Assembly: GCA_009103225.1 (NCBI GenBank)
Contig: RHPI01001855.1
Location: forward strand, 1-64,000
Source of the DNA: Chlorokybus atmophyticus
Lineage: Eukaryota > Plantae > Mesostigma and Chlorokybus algae
Direction of reading: 5' to 3'
DNA length: 64,000 bases
Part shown: positions 63,621-64,000 of the stretch, piece by piece
How the letters are laid out: each line of letters opens with the position of its first letter
Numbering within the stretch: the first letter of the stretch is position 1
Made by a program: the position numbers and the translations under genes
The notes under the pieces: generated by a model
Told to the model about the DNA's origin: nothing
Database searches by the model: none
The model's input: only the letters and a program-made list of their open reading frames with translations

Positions 63621-64000
63621 TCAGGCGGTGTGTGCGTATTGCGAACATGAGCAAAGCTAACCCACGCACATGCCCGTGAAGTATACGGCGTGAAAGCGCA
63701 CGCATGAATGAATGCGCATGCACGCACACAACTTGTCATCGCACGCACTCACTTCTTGGTCAAATGAGTATGGTTAGCTATTGCAATACCATTACAAAGT
63801 TTATCACACATTCTCATGCAAATTTTATCACCTGATTGGCAATGTGTTAATCGCACGCAATCAAGGATCCATAATGAAAGCAAGTTATCAATGCATAAGT
63901 GGGGTTTCAAAAAATGCATGAGTGCGATCGAGGGCACATTGTTAACAATACCTGTTTGACTCAAACATACACCGTACCGGCCAGCCTAGTGTTGGTAATA

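Noticed and set aside
1-64000. CRISPR arrays, rRNA or complete tRNA genes
   Set aside because: No repeat-spacer array or full RNA gene structure seen; the window is eukaryotic nuclear DNA

Overview
Eukaryotic nuclear DNA with short spliceosomal introns, an interstitial (CCCTAA)n tract and two N gaps. It looks like a green alga or early-diverging streptophyte alga, but the species cannot be called. Three host genes could be reconstructed exon by exon. Two are a tail-to-tail paralog pair of secreted, bacterial-type PQQ sugar dehydrogenases (GSDH beta-propeller + PKD + malectin; 4590-8534 + and 10407-14556 -). The third is a papain-family cysteine protease with an extensin-like and His/Pro-rich tail (55684-58665 +). 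Positions 15806-42002 are a 26-kb stack of transposons that all map into about 16 bp of ancestral sequence. The stack holds a Ty3/Gypsy element (TSD AGCT), a 10.1-kb Academ-type DNA transposon in its left end (22-bp TIRs, TSD TTGT), a hAT in its right end (8-bp TSD) and a 79-bp-LTR element enclosing an inverted, permuted chromovirus fragment. The most notable feature is the Academ cargo: a compact phage/bacterial-type C5 cytosine methyltransferase directly downstream of a spliced Cys-rich + Tudor-domain gene, which may be a transposon-encoded chromatin reader-writer module. Further right are a 585-bp TRIM and a near-identical 4152-bp tandem duplication with a visible unequal-crossover junction. 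All family assignments come from motif recognition by eye; no database searches were run.
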